Part shown: in pieces, positions 12,962 through 26,039 of the stretch | Position numbering within the stretch: the stretch's first letter is position 1 | Layout: each line of letters opens with the position of its first letter | DNA from: Eledone cirrhosa | Lineage: Eukaryota | Assembly: GCA_964016885.1 (NCBI GenBank) | Contig: OZ024741.1 | Coordinates: 266,042,001-266,106,000, forward strand | Reading direction: 5' to 3' | Length of the DNA stretch: 64,000 bases | Notes under the pieces: model-generated | Database searches by the model: none | What the model saw: only the letters and a program-made list of their open reading frames with translations | Told to the model about the DNA's origin: nothing | Position numbers and translations under genes: made by a program

Positions 12962-13090
12962 ATTCTCTCTCCCCTTCTCTTTGTTTCTCTGTTCCTTCTC
13001 TCTCTCTCCTCTTTATTTCTCTCGCTATCTTTCACACTTTTTTCTCTCTTTGCCTTTCTCTCTTTCCCCCTCTCTCTTTCCATCCATCCT
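12630..13090. repeat. (CT)n-rich polypyrimidine tract
   Basis: Direct inspection. Confidence 0.95.
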
Positions 13091-13390
13091 CTCCCTCTTC
13101 ATCACCAACCTCCCCTCAAGTGTTGGATATGGTACGTGACTCTGGACAATTGGTTAGTTTTGAATTCCATTTCCGTCAGTCAACATACGACAACATTTCT
13201 ATGTCAAAACTACGTGTCAACTGTCCACCATATATGTTGACATTAGTTGACAAGTGTTGTCGGCGTCGTTAGCGCCTGAAAATCAACCCATTAAGTATTA
13301 CCTTGCATGTTCATGTTCTTAGGCAACGGGCTGAGATGATCGATATCGAACCAGCACAGAACAAAAAAACGCGTGAATTCTCTACCGTGA

Positions 13391-14953
13391 TCAGTGGAGG
13401 CGTGTACCTTAGTGGTAAGGGTGTTAGACTTACGATCATAATGTCGCGGGTTCGATTCCTGGGCTAGGTTTCTTGTTGTGTTCTTGAGCAAAACACTTCA
13501 TTTCCCGTTGCTCCAATATCCTCAGTGGAGGCGTGTACCTTAGTGGTAAGGGTGTTAGACTTACGATCATAATGTCGCGGGTTCGATTCCTGGGCTAGGT
13601 TTCTTGTGTTCTTGAGCAAAACACTACATTTCCCGTTGCTCCAATATCCTCAGTGGAGGCGTGTACCTTAGTGGTAAGGGTGTTAGACTTACGATCATAA
13701 TGTCGCGGTTTCGATTCCTGGGCTAGGTTTCTTGTTGTGTTCTTGAGCAAAACACTTCATTTCCCGTTGCTCCAATATCCTCAGTGGAGGCGTGTACCTT
13801 AGTGGTAAGGGTGTTAGACTTACGATCATAATGTCGCGGGTTCGATTCCTGGGCTAGGTTTCTTGTTATGTTCTTGAGCAAAACACTTCATTTCCCGTTG
13901 CTCCAATATCCTCAGTGGAGGCGTGTACCTTAGTGGTAAGGGTGTTAGACTTACGATCATAATGTCGCGGGTTCGATTCCTGGGCTAGGTTTCTTGTTGT
14001 GTTCTTGAGCAAAACACTTCATTTCCCGTTGCTCCAATATCCTCAGTGGAGGCGTGTACCTTAGTGGTAAGGGTGTTAGACTTACGATCATAATGTCGCG
14101 GGTTCGATTCCTGGGCTAGGTTTCTTGTGTTCTTGAGCAAAACACTACATTTCCCGTTGCTCCAATATCCTCAGTGGAGGCGTGTACCTTAGTGGTAAGG
14201 GTGTTAGACTTACGATCATAATGTCGCGGGTTCGATTCCTGGGCTAGGTTTCTTGTTGTGTTCTTGAGCAAAACACTTCATTTCCCGTTGCTCCAATATC
14301 CTCAGTGGAGGCGTGTACCTTAGTGGTAAGGGTGTTAGACTTACGATCATAATGTCGCGGGTTCGATTCCTGGGCTAGGTTTCTTGTGTTCTTGAGCAAA
14401 ACACTACATTTCCCGTTGCTCCAATATCCTCAGTGGAGGCGTGTACCTTAGTGGTAAGGGTGTTAGACTTACGATCATAATGTCGCGGGTTCGATTCCTG
14501 GGCTAGGTTTCTTGTTGTGTTCTTGAGCAAAACACTTCATTTCCCGTTGCTCCAATATCCTCAGTGGAGGCGTGTACCTTAGTGGTAAGGGTGTTAGACT
14601 TACGATCATAATGTCGCGGGTTCGATTCCTGGGCTAGGTTTCTTGTTATGTTCTTGAGCAAAACACTTCATTTCCCGTTGCTCCAATATCCTCAGTGGAG
14701 GCGTGTACCTTAGTGGTAAGGGTGTTAGACTTACGATCATAATGTCGCGGGTTCGATTCCTGGGCTAGGTTTCTTGTTGTGTTCTTGAGCAAAACACTTC
14801 ATTTCCCGTTGCTCCAATATCCTCAGTGGAGGCGTGTACCTTAGTGGTAAGGGTGTTAGACTTACAATCATAATGTCGCGGGTTCGATTCCTGGGCTAGG
14901 TTTCTTGTTATGTTCTTGAGCAAAACACTTCATTTCCCGTTGCTACAGTATAC
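13391..14953 (+). repeat. Tandem array of 12 tRNA-derived SINE heads (131/128-bp units)
   Basis: Unit starts at 13391, 13522, 13650, 13781, 13912, 14043, 14171, 14302, 14430, 14561, 14692, 14823; each has A box TAGTGGTAAGG, B box GGTTCGATTCC and CORE-like TGTGTTCTTGAGCAAAACACTT. Confidence 0.95.
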
Positions 14954-15100
14954 TGAGTACCAGTGATAGGTGAGGGTTTAACCATGCGATGGGCTGGTGT
15001 CCTGACTAAGGGGGGAGTCTTGTAGTCTCAGTCGTTTCACGCCATGAAACTGGGATAAGCACCGGCCAAACGGGCCTTAAATGGCTTAGGACAGACTTTA
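14823..15100 (+). mobile_element. Complete CORE-like SINE forming the last unit of the array
   Basis: Final unit continues into a unique SINE body and tail instead of restarting. Confidence 0.75.
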
Positions 15101-15129
15101 GATGGTCTGATCAATGGTTCGAATTGGTG

Positions 15130-15265
15130 TATTTGTTGGAAAATTTCATAAATTGCTTCGCGGTGTTTCTTGTGATTCTCTGCGTTCTGAGATGAAATCC
15201 CGCCCAAGTTAACTTTGACTTTCATCCTTTCGAGATCAATAAATCGATAGATAAAGTAGCAGTGT
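15130..15265 (-). mobile_element. Diverged SINE copy
   Basis: Contains core TTAACTTTGACTTTCATCCTTTCGAGATCAATAAA related to 7596-7785; strand of the decayed head uncertain. Confidence 0.5.
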
Positions 15266-15597
15266 GCAGTACGGGGGAGGGGTCGATACTTCTTCTTCTT
15301 CTTCTTCTTCTTTCTCTCTCTCTCTCTCTTTGTGAAAATAATTGTCACCATCACCATCACCATAGTTATTCCTGTCACCATCTTAATCTACATCCCCTTT
15401 CACCCTCCTTCTCCTCCTCCTCCTCATCATCATCATCATCATCATCACCGTCATCATCACGCTCATCAACAACAACCTAGCCACCTTCCGACAATCTAGT
15501 GAGAGTGACTTAAGTGCAGATCGAAGATCGATCAGAAAACATTATTGAATTCCGTTTACTTCCCCTCTTATAATGTTCACGTGCGATGTGTTATGAC

Positions 15598-15795
15598 ACA
15601 TATATATACACTTACATATATACATACCTATATACATATATATATATATACACTTACATATATACATACCTATATACATATATATATACACTTACATATA
15701 TACATACCTATATACATATATATATACACTTACATATATACATACCTATATACATATATATATACACTTACATATATACATACCTATATACATTT
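15598..15795. repeat. Minisatellite, ~36-bp unit (TATACACTTACATATATACATACCTATATACATA) x5
   Basis: Direct inspection. Confidence 0.85.
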
Positions 15796-15869
15796 GTACG
15801 TAGACACGTAGATCTATACACATTAATTTACGTGTGCGAATATATATATATTATCTATATATATATATA

Positions 15870-15924
<55 letters not shown>

Positions 15925-15989
15925 ATATATATATAATATATATATATATATATGTACATATATACATATATACGTATATACATATGTAC

Positions 15990-16023
<34 letters not shown>

Positions 16024-16132
16024 ACATATATATATGTATATATATATAATATATATATATATGTACATATATACATAAATACGTATATACATATGTACAT
16101 ATATATATATATATATATATGTACATATATAA

Positions 16133-16208
<76 letters not shown>

Positions 16209-16262
16209 ATATATATAATATATATATATATGTACATATATACATAAATACGTATATACATA

Positions 16263-16322
<60 letters not shown>

Positions 16323-16722
16323 CATACATATATATATATAAATAAACATTGCTATACTTGGAAGCATATGCTCTTGTTTGCGTGTTTATAAAAATACAAT
16401 AGATTATATGCTCAGTTTCGTGTGTGTATATATTTACTCATGTAAATATAAACACATGTTTGCGTTTGTGTGTGTGTGTGTGTGTGTGTGCGTGTGCGCG
16501 TGTGTATGTATGTATGTATTTGTATATATGTATTTATGTATGTATGTATATGTATGTATTTATGCAAGTTCATATGTACACATACTTGGCAAAGTGCCAA
16601 ATATGATCAGTCAGTGTTACAAAAAGCCAATCCCAACCAATTTCTATTGGTGTGTCCTTAATTACAGGTATGACCACCTGTTTACTTGACCACCTGTCCA
16701 CCTGTCCACCTGATGACTCTAA

Positions 16723-16897
16723 TTAACCCTTCACATACCTACATGGCAGCCACTACTCCACAAAAGGCCTTCGAATCATATTAAGTTCTATTTAATGAAT
16801 GAGAAGCAGCACGTTGTACAATATAATCTTAAATAAGCAAATATTATTTGATGGTCATGGCTGGAACCATTTTGGCCAAGACTTTATCACGGGTTAA
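16723..16897. mobile_element. Possible piggyBac-type MITE (TTAACCC...GGGTTAA)
   Basis: Short inverted termini with TTAA; similar AAGGGTTAA ends recur near 27775, 47335 and 61800-62395. Confidence 0.4.
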
Positions 16898-17195
16898 ATC
16901 AATATAACTGTCGGTATTTTTTATGGCACAATATATATATATATATATAATAAGTTGACGGAACTAGCATGGGTTTCACTGCCAGTACCTGTTGCATCTC
17001 AGCGTACTCAATAGGTACTGTTAAGTAAACTCCCAGAGAGACGAGACACATAGTTAATTCGCTTCAATACAACGCACCTAAATGGGTACCTTCACAAATA
17101 CCCGTACTCGAGTTTCGGCCACACTTAATGCAGCAATAGATTGCACATCATCTACTGTCTGCATTTATTATGCAACAATGCATAATCGGCGCATC

Positions 17196-17302
<107 letters not shown>

Positions 17303-17457
17303 GTGTGTGTGTGTGTGCGTGCGTGCGCGTGTATGCGTGTGTGTGTATACAAACTGGCTGACTGAATACGCACGTATGTGTTTTTTCTCAAAATTATTTT
17401 CGTTCCTTCCTCTTTTCACTTATTATCTTTCTATTTGATCTTCTATTTCTCATTCTA

Positions 17458-17494
17458 TCTTCTGTTGAAGGACTAGGGTCCGAAACGTTAAGAC
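17458..17494 (+). ncRNA. Minimal hammerhead motif (A6->U mutated) in a PLE pLTR fragment
   Basis: TCTT-CTGTTGA-aGGACtaggGTCC-GAAA-CG-TT-AAGA; related weaker copies at 26708-26748 (-) and 50529-50564 (+). Confidence 0.65.
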
Positions 17495-17527
17495 TCTTTT
17501 CCTATTATTTCAAGTGTTAAACTAATA

Positions 17528-18764
17528 TACGTGGTACACTCAAGAGGTTTTGAGACTTTTATCAGAAAGATGTTTATTTAACTCAGATCAACTCTAGTCA
17601 CCCTCAAAGTAGGATCCTCTAACTTCAATGCACTTGTTGTAGTGCTCCAGCCACCGCTGGAACCCCCCCTCCTACTGCCCTTGTAGTCCTTCAAACTGAT
17701 AGTGTCTCAGCCTCCTACATCTTCTCCACATCCTCAGAGCTTCTTCTTCATCTTCGGGAACATCCAGAAGTTGCATGGGGCTTAATCAGGACTGTAGGAA
17801 GGAAAAGGGATAGTCTTGATTTCAATATCGGCCAAGTAATTGGTCACCAGGATGGATTTGTGGCAGGGGACATTGTCTTGGTGCAGGTTCCACTGACCAG
17901 ACTTGAAGAGTTCTGGTATCTTACGACGAAATCTCTTTCAGAGCTGCCTCAAAATTAGCCGTGGGGGACCCAGTGGTTGTAGATTATGCCCTTGCTATCA
18001 AAGAATGGGATAATTATAAACTTCCCAGTGAACCTGCTTTGTCTGAACTTTGTTGGGCACTTGGGAGTCAGAATCTTTCCACTGGGCACTCTGTTTCTTG
18101 GTTTCTGGATCATAATAGAAGACCCAGCTCTCGTTTCAGGTTATCAGAGACTCAAGGACAGATGGATTCGAAGCGATCCACTCGACCATCTCCCTGTTGC
18201 CATCAAGACGCCCATGTCTTTGATCTTCATTGAGCACCTTGGGAACAAACTTTGCGCATGTTCAGATCATCATGAATGACTTTGTGCCACTTCAAAATGT
18301 TTAGCAATCGTCAGAAAAGATGCACTACAGTCCTTGTCCAGAAATTTGCGAATTTTTTCGACCAACTTTGACATCCTAATGTCCCTCTCCCTACCACACC
18401 TCTCGTTATCCCTCACCTGATTCCTGTCCGCTTGTCACCCGGCACATGAAAGTTAGTTCATAAGTCGCTTTGACCATCCATTTCATAGGTTTCTGCAGAG
18501 TTTTTGCCGAGCTTGACACAAAACTTTATTGCATGTCGAGCCTCACGTCCTGACTTCATTGTGGAACCTCTCAGCTGTGACAAGACATGTATGGCGGGTA
18601 GTGTTTAAAGTTCTGTAGCAGCCCGAACCTTCAACATAGAGAAACAGATTTGGCATGCTAGCTTATTATAACCATATCAAGGATGTATTAGAGTGACAGT
18701 TATGTAGATCAATTAAAATTGCCTGAAAAGGGAACGTCTAAAATCTTCTTGAGTGTACCTCGTA
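17528..18764 (-). mobile_element. Decayed mariner DNA transposon
   Basis: TIRs TACG(T/A)GGTACACTCAAGA with TA TSD; minus-strand remnants CVKLGKNSAETYEM, LHQDNVPCH, YSPD*APCNFWMFPKMK, KCIEVRGSYFEGD. Confidence 0.92.
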
Positions 18765-19021
18765 TTTCTTCATTGTACTGTGCTGTTTACTTTTTATACA
18801 CGCATACACACACATATATATATATATATATGTATATGTATGTATAAGTATATATATATATATTATATGTATGTATAAGTATATATATACTTATACATAC
18901 ATACATATACATATATATATATACTTATACATACCAGCATATATATATATATATATATATATAAAGAATTAATATATCTACCGACATATGTATACAGATG
19001 CATACCTACGCTAGCAGATAT

Positions 19022-19355
19022 ATATGTTTTGTCTTAGTAACTTTGTACTTCTATGCAGGGGGATGCAGAACAATTATATGAAAGACGTAAATAAGAAAGT
19101 TATGAAAATTGACTTACTTACTAAAATTTCACTCCAACTAATTAGTTTCTGTAAGGGGATAAATACAGTTATGTAATACTGTAGAGAAGCCTTACGTCAT
19201 CAGGGAGTCTATTCTCAGCTAAGCCACCAGACTCCCTGATGACGTAAGGCTTCTCTACAGTATTACATAACTGTATTTATCCCCTTACAGAAACTAATTA
19301 GTTGGAGTGAAATTTTAGTAAGTAAGTCAATTTTCATAACTTTCTTATTTACGTC

Positions 19356-19362
<7 letters not shown>
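19022..19362 (-). mobile_element. Fold-back PLE-like insertion, family B (135-bp perfect arms, 18-nt spacer, ~50-nt tail on left)
   Basis: 19075-19210 is the reverse complement of 19229-19362; (TA)n flanks. Confidence 0.85.
19231..19308 (+). ncRNA. Type I hammerhead with extended stem II (mirror 19131-19208 on -)
   Basis: ACTCC-CTGATGA-cGTAAGG...CCTTACa-GAAA-CTAATTAG-TT-GGAGT; palindromic stem III. Confidence 0.85.
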
Positions 19363-19398
<36 letters not shown>

Positions 19399-19684
19399 AG
19401 TAAAGCATATTCGAAGTTCGATCAGCAGCTAAGCCAACGAATGCCTTCAGCAGTGCAGCCAAGCACTCAACAAGGAATAGACCTCAGAGTAATAACATAC
19501 AGTTTAAAGGGCTTTGCAAATTGAAAATAGCGACCGCTAATTCAGCCACGTGATCTGTAGCAATGAAAGAACTGACTAGTGAGAAAAGGATATATACACA
19601 CACACATACACACATACATATAAGAATATACATACATACATACATACATACATACATACATACATACATACATACATACATACA

Positions 19685-19717
<33 letters not shown>

Positions 19718-19847
19718 GCACATATCTGTATATATAACATACCTGGACCATCACTTCGAAATTACTGAATATCAAAGTGAGGTTTCTGAAAATCCGAAAT
19801 CAACAAAATCCGCTTGTGGTGTATACAAGTTGGGCTTCTGGAAAATC

Positions 19848-19880
<33 letters not shown>

Positions 19881-19887
19881 TAGATAT

Positions 19888-19974
<87 letters not shown>

Positions 19975-20224
19975 TATGTATGTATATAGGTGTATGTGTA
20001 TAAGTATATACATTTATATATACATATGTACATATATACACTCATATAAATGCATATATCTGTGTATATATGTATATATATATATGTATATATATATGTA
20101 TATATATATATGTGTATATATGTGTGTGCGTGTGTGTGTGTAATTATATCTATTCAATGTCTTGTAACATTGAAGAAACAGCTCACTTGGCTAAAACTTT
20201 ATAGCTATGCACTGAGAAGCTGAA

Positions 20225-20395
20225 TATATACGACGGGCTTCCGCGCAGTTTCCGTCTACCAAATTCCACTGACAAAGCATTGGTCGACCCGAAACTATAG
20301 AAGGAAATTACTTGCCCAAGGTGATACACCGAGCCAGACTGAGCCTGACACCACTTGGTTACAAAACCAAACAGCTTTGCCTCCGCCTACGGAAA
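20225..20395 (-). mobile_element. CORE-like SINE, second family (related copy 49463-49610)
   Basis: Minus strand CCTTGGGCAAG core; shared CAGTTTCCGT..AAATTCCAC segment. Confidence 0.6.
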
Positions 20396-20769
20396 AAAAA
20401 ATTGCATTTACGAGTAACAACGAAGTGTTGTTTCCATGAGCAACAGAGACACGTAAAAGTGGTGGGATTAGATGAAATTCCCTCCGGATACAATATCAGG
20501 CGATCGTAGATTAATTTCGATTAGATTGGATAAAGAGAACTGCGGCAATACTTAAGTGAGAATCCCGTTTAGAGAATTATTGAAAACGCCTGCAGGAGTA
20601 GTTATGAATTTTCTATGCAGTGGTGAGAGGCTGAAAATTATACGGATATTCGTCAGCCATTTTTCGTCTATTAAAAAAATATATGACCGTCCGATATATA
20701 ACATCGGAACACACAATCCTTCTACACCGGTCTTTCCTATACAAATGGCCAACGAGATGTCAGGCTGCA

Positions 20770-20883
20770 AAGAAGAAGAAGAAGAAGAAGAAGAAGAAGA
20801 AGAAGAAGAAGAAGAAGAAGAAGAAGAAGAAGAAGAAGAAGAAGAAGAAGAAGAAAGAATAATAATAATAATAATAATAATAA

Positions 20884-20914
<31 letters not shown>

Positions 20915-21114
20915 AAGAAGAAGAAGAAAATCCACAGCACTTACTAAATATCGTAATAATGTGAAGAAGAGAAGATTGTGTTGGTTGAATAGGAACATGT
21001 ATGTATGTATCTATGTATGTGCATATGTATGTATGTAAGTCTCTCTCTCTATATATATGCACATAAGTATATATATACATATATATATATATCCATTAGT
21101 ATATATATATATAA

Positions 21115-21190
<76 letters not shown>

Positions 21191-21248
21191 GCATATATAT
21201 ATATATACACATATATACACACAAACACATATATATATATATTTATGA

Positions 21249-21333
<85 letters not shown>

Positions 21334-21666
21334 CACACACACACAAGTATATATATGAGTGTGAAGGGGGAGGAGGTTATGTAAATGGGTAGGAGAGAAA
21401 ATGTAAAAAAAGATCTGTGGGGGGAGGGGGTGAAGTATAAGAAATGAAGAAGACTGGGAAATGACAATAATGGAATAATTTATATAGATGAAGGGAGGAG
21501 GAGGGGGGAGAAGGAGAGGAAGGAAAGGAGGAGGGAGAGAAGAAGAAGGAGAAGAAGAAGATGATGGTGGTGGTGGTGGTGGTGGTGGTAGTAATGCTGC
21601 AGCTGCTGTTGGTGATGAGGATGGTGGTGGTGCTAACGATGATGATGATGATGATGACGTTGTTGT

Positions 21667-21701
<35 letters not shown>

Positions 21702-21808
21702 GCAATGATGGCAATGTTGATGACGATGATGATGGTGATGATTATGATAATAATGATGTTGATGATCATGATAATGATGGTGGTGACGATGATGATGGTA
21801 ATGATAAA

Positions 21809-21844
<36 letters not shown>

Positions 21845-22258
21845 AGTGGTGTTGGCGGTGTTAGCAGTGATGCTATTACTTTGAATTACTTCAAATAACC
21901 ATAGGATATTTATTTAATCATTGGTTGTGGGAGAGAATGGATATAGAGTTACCTATCTTTCCTGTTCGAGTGTCCTTTCCTTCTTCGGCTTTTAATGAAG
22001 GAAAAGATGACATTTTTCTCGCCAATAATTCATTCAGCTAGTCTATCTGGACATTTGAGTGGAAGGCAGGGACGAGGAGTGGGTGGGGATCGATGTAAGA
22101 ACACAGGATACCAGAAGGAAGGAAGGAAGGAAAGAAGGATAGGTAGGAAGAAAGTTAGTGGAAGGCGAAAAGTTGATTGGATGTGATGATCGGTTTAAAT
22201 TAAGCCATCGCTGAGGAGTGGGCGAGATGAATGGATGGATGGATTGTGTAGGGTGGCT

Positions 22259-22343
<85 letters not shown>

Positions 22344-22344
22344 C

Positions 22345-22379
<35 letters not shown>

Positions 22380-22403
22380 CAACAGCAGCAGCAGCAGCAG
22401 TAT

Positions 22404-22450
<47 letters not shown>

Positions 22451-22474
22451 AGTAGTAGTAGTAGTAGTAGTAGT

Positions 22475-22527
<53 letters not shown>

Positions 22528-22720
22528 TAGTAGTGATGTGATTGTGGCGACGGTGGTGGTGGTGTTGGTGGCAGTGTGGTTGTGGTGGTGGTATTGGTGG
22601 CGGTTGCAGTGTAGTGGTGTTAATGATGATTGTTATTGTTGTTGTCGGTTATGATGTGTGGTGTGTTGGTGGTAGTGATTCTATTGTTGTTGTTGTTGTT
22701 GTTGTTGTTAAAGTAGTGGG
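20770..22720. repeat. Cluster of trinucleotide and dinucleotide microsatellites (GAA, TAA, TA, GGT, GAT, GTA/GCA)
   Basis: Direct inspection. Confidence 0.95.
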
Positions 22721-23124
22721 GATGGGGGAGGAGAATCGAGGTATAGAAAGTAGAAGAAATAGATAAAAAACAAAAAAAAGGAAGAAAAGAAAATGGCGAT
22801 AACTAACTTCCAGCGACAAACGATGACTGTGTGTCTCAGTTGATTTTGTAAGAGAATACCGCCTTAATTTCAAGAGAACGAAATACAAGGGAGAGAATTT
22901 TGTGAAATGATAGCGGCCAATATTTTCCTCAGCATTAACGTCTAATAATTTCAAACGTTATAATTGCTTTTTTGTTTTGTTTTGTTTTGTTTTCTCTATC
23001 CCACCAAATTCAACTTTGCCTTTCAGCCTTTCTAGGGTCGATAAAATAAAGTACCAGTCAAAAACTAGGGTCCATATAATCTTTTTTTTTTTCATTTCCC
23101 CTAAATTGGTGGGTTTGTACTTAA

Positions 23125-23505
23125 ATCAGGGATTAACCAAGAAACTCACTCAGATGGCGGATGGGTGCTACACGTGAATGCTGAGGATGGCTCTGAACAT
23201 TAATCAGTATACACTGAGGATGGAGAACTCAGAGCTGTATGGGAGCCTCCCAAAAGTCAGCTCAAAAGTGACTCAAAGGAGACTGAGGTTAGCTGGACAT
23301 GCTCACCGACATCCAGAGTTGACATTGCACTCAGTGCTCCTGTGGGAGTCCCTACATGGACACACTGAAAGAGGAAGACCAATGTTGATGCCCTAAGGAC
23401 AGACACTGGTTTGTTGGAGACGCAGGACATGGCAGCGATAATGAGGGACAGAGACCGCTGGAGAGAACTCGTCCATGGATGTCGGGAATTTTACCCGCCC
23501 TAGAA
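23125..23505 (+). mobile_element. 3' fragment of an RTE-like LINE
   Basis: DGCYT*MLRMALNI...ELYGSLPKVS..QRRLRLAGH..RH.E....LLWE..HG...RGRP, typical RTE-clade C-terminus. Confidence 0.8.
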
Positions 23506-23554
23506 GAATATATATATATATACATACACATATATTATATATATATATATATAT

Positions 23555-24030
23555 GAATGAAAATGGCGTGCTGCGTTGTTGCGAATGTGATACATATGAA
23601 TTAAAAAATAGAGCTAGAAGCCAGGACTATCCATCATCAGTGATCTTCTGGCCATCATAGGTATTTCTTCACATTAAAGATCAGATACCTCAGGCTAACG
23701 CGAACAATAACTAAAATAAGTTATTGCGATAAAAAGAATTGGGTGGAGAAAGAGAGACAGGTAAACAAACAAGAATGGTGAGGCAACGTAAAGAGTGGAG
23801 ATCTTATGTTCACTTGTATCACTGACTTGTTTTCTCATTTTTCACTCTTTACGATGCCTCACCATTCTTGTTTGTTTACATGCCTCTCTTTCTCCACCCA
23901 ATTCTTTTTATCCCAATAACTTTATTTAGTTATTGCTCACGCTGGCCTGAGGTATCTGATCTTTAATGCGAAGAAATACCTATGATGGCCAGAAGATCAC
24001 TGATGATGGATAGTCCTGGCTTCTAGCTCT
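23555..24030 (-). mobile_element. Fold-back insertion, family C (~180-bp arms, ~55-nt tail on left); homolog at 40530-40750
   Basis: 23609-23790 is the reverse complement of 23850-24030 with a few mismatches; microsatellite flanks. Confidence 0.8.
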
Positions 24031-24041
24031 CTCTCTCTCTA

Positions 24042-24167
<126 letters not shown>

Positions 24168-24227
24168 TTTGTTGAGTGAGATGGTTACCAGTCAGAGTTT
24201 AGCTTTAAACTATCTCTGTTATTGTAT

Positions 24228-24264
<37 letters not shown>

Positions 24265-24348
24265 ATTTGTGCGTTGTATGTCTGTATATGTATGTGTGTG
24301 TTTATGTGTAGGTATGTGTATGTATGTGTATGTTTGTGTATGTATGGA

Positions 24349-24420
<72 letters not shown>

Positions 24421-24573
24421 TACATATATACATACATATATATATATATATATATCTCTCTATACACACACATACAAATACATATATATATATATACACA
24501 CACATACACACGCACATGTATATATACATATATACGCATACATATACACACATACACACACACATATATATAC

Positions 24574-24629
<56 letters not shown>

Positions 24630-24694
24630 GCATATATACATATATACATGCATGTATATATATATATATATATATCTATACACACACATACAAA

Positions 24695-24733
<39 letters not shown>

Positions 24734-24924
24734 GTATATGTATGTGTGTGTGTATGTGTGTGTACGTATGTGTATATATGTATATATATATGTGTGTGTG
24801 TATGTGTGTGTGTATAGATATTTATACATATGTATACTCGTGTTTGTATGTATGCGTGTGAGTGTATTTATTTGTGTATATATGTGTGTATGTGTGTATG
24901 TATGTGTGTATGTGTGTGTGTATC

Positions 24925-25027
<103 letters not shown>

Positions 25028-25083
25028 ATATATATGTATGTATATATATATGTATATATATGTGTATATATGTGTGTGTGTGT

Positions 25084-25145
<62 letters not shown>

Positions 25146-25874
25146 GTGCGTATGTATATGTGTATATGTATTATATATGTATGTATGTAGGTATGTGTGT
25201 ATGTATGTGTGTGTACATGAATATATATTTGTATATATTTATATATTTTTTATATATGTGTGTGTGTCTCTATGTGTGTATATGTGTTTGTGTGTGTGTT
25301 TATGGTTGCGCGTAAGTGTGTGAGTGAGTATGTGTGGTTTTTTTTTTGTTTTTTTTTTGTTTTTTAGGTGTGTTTTTTTGTTTTTCTGTTTTTTTGTTTT
25401 TTTGTTTTTTTTTGTTTTTTTGTGAATATGTCTGTTGATTTGGCATATTGTTGATTAGTTTAAGAGAAGTTCGAAGATAATAGTAAGATATGCACTCAGT
25501 ATTTTGAATCTGTCTGCAGAACTCCCTAGACCTTTGTCACTTAGTAGAACCTTAATGACTTTAGCTTTTAAAGAATCTCCCTTTTCTTTAATTCTATCGA
25601 GCATGAATGACCCCCCACTGATTTTATAGACATCTGCTAGCTTAAGAGAAACTTATTGACAAGGAATGGTATGCCATCCGGAACCTGTTTATAGAATTCT
25701 GTCTGCCTTTGTTACTCTAAAAACATAAATAAATATAAATTAACTATAGCTTTGTAGAATTAGCTTTTAATGAATTCCCTTTTCTATCAACCAATGACCT
25801 GCACCCATCCCACTCCCCACCCTCCCCTACCACTTGTAGAGACCTATAAATACCATATTTATTTTTTGATACCC

Positions 25875-25925
25875 AGATTCCTGATGATTTCTAATGAATG
25901 AAACAGTTCTAGTCCTGTAGAATCT
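25875..25925 (+). ncRNA. Type I hammerhead ribozyme in a PLE-like 3' fragment (25420-26010)
   Basis: AGATTC-CTGATGA-tTTCtaatGAAt-GAAA-CAG ttctagtc CTG-TA-GAATCT. Confidence 0.85.
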
Positions 25926-26008
25926 CATCTATATTAAAACTGTTATACTCTGCTATGTATTGAGTACCTTACTTACTGTGGTTACCTCCGATTCAACCCG
26001 GAATAACG

Positions 26009-26035
<27 letters not shown>

Positions 26036-26039
<4 letters not shown>

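Noticed and set aside
13391-14953. CRISPR array or tRNA gene cluster
   Set aside because: No unique spacers, eukaryotic context and no cas genes; units lack a proper cloverleaf acceptor stem and terminator and continue into a SINE core
20400-20770. Possible promoter or 5' UTR exon of VMAT (also 15480-15550 and 29440-29620)
   Set aside because: Unique-looking sequence but no supportable splice or promoter signature without transcript data
23980-24030. SECIS element (ATGA...GA)
   Set aside because: No correctly spaced GA quartet or apical AA conserved in the 40600 homolog
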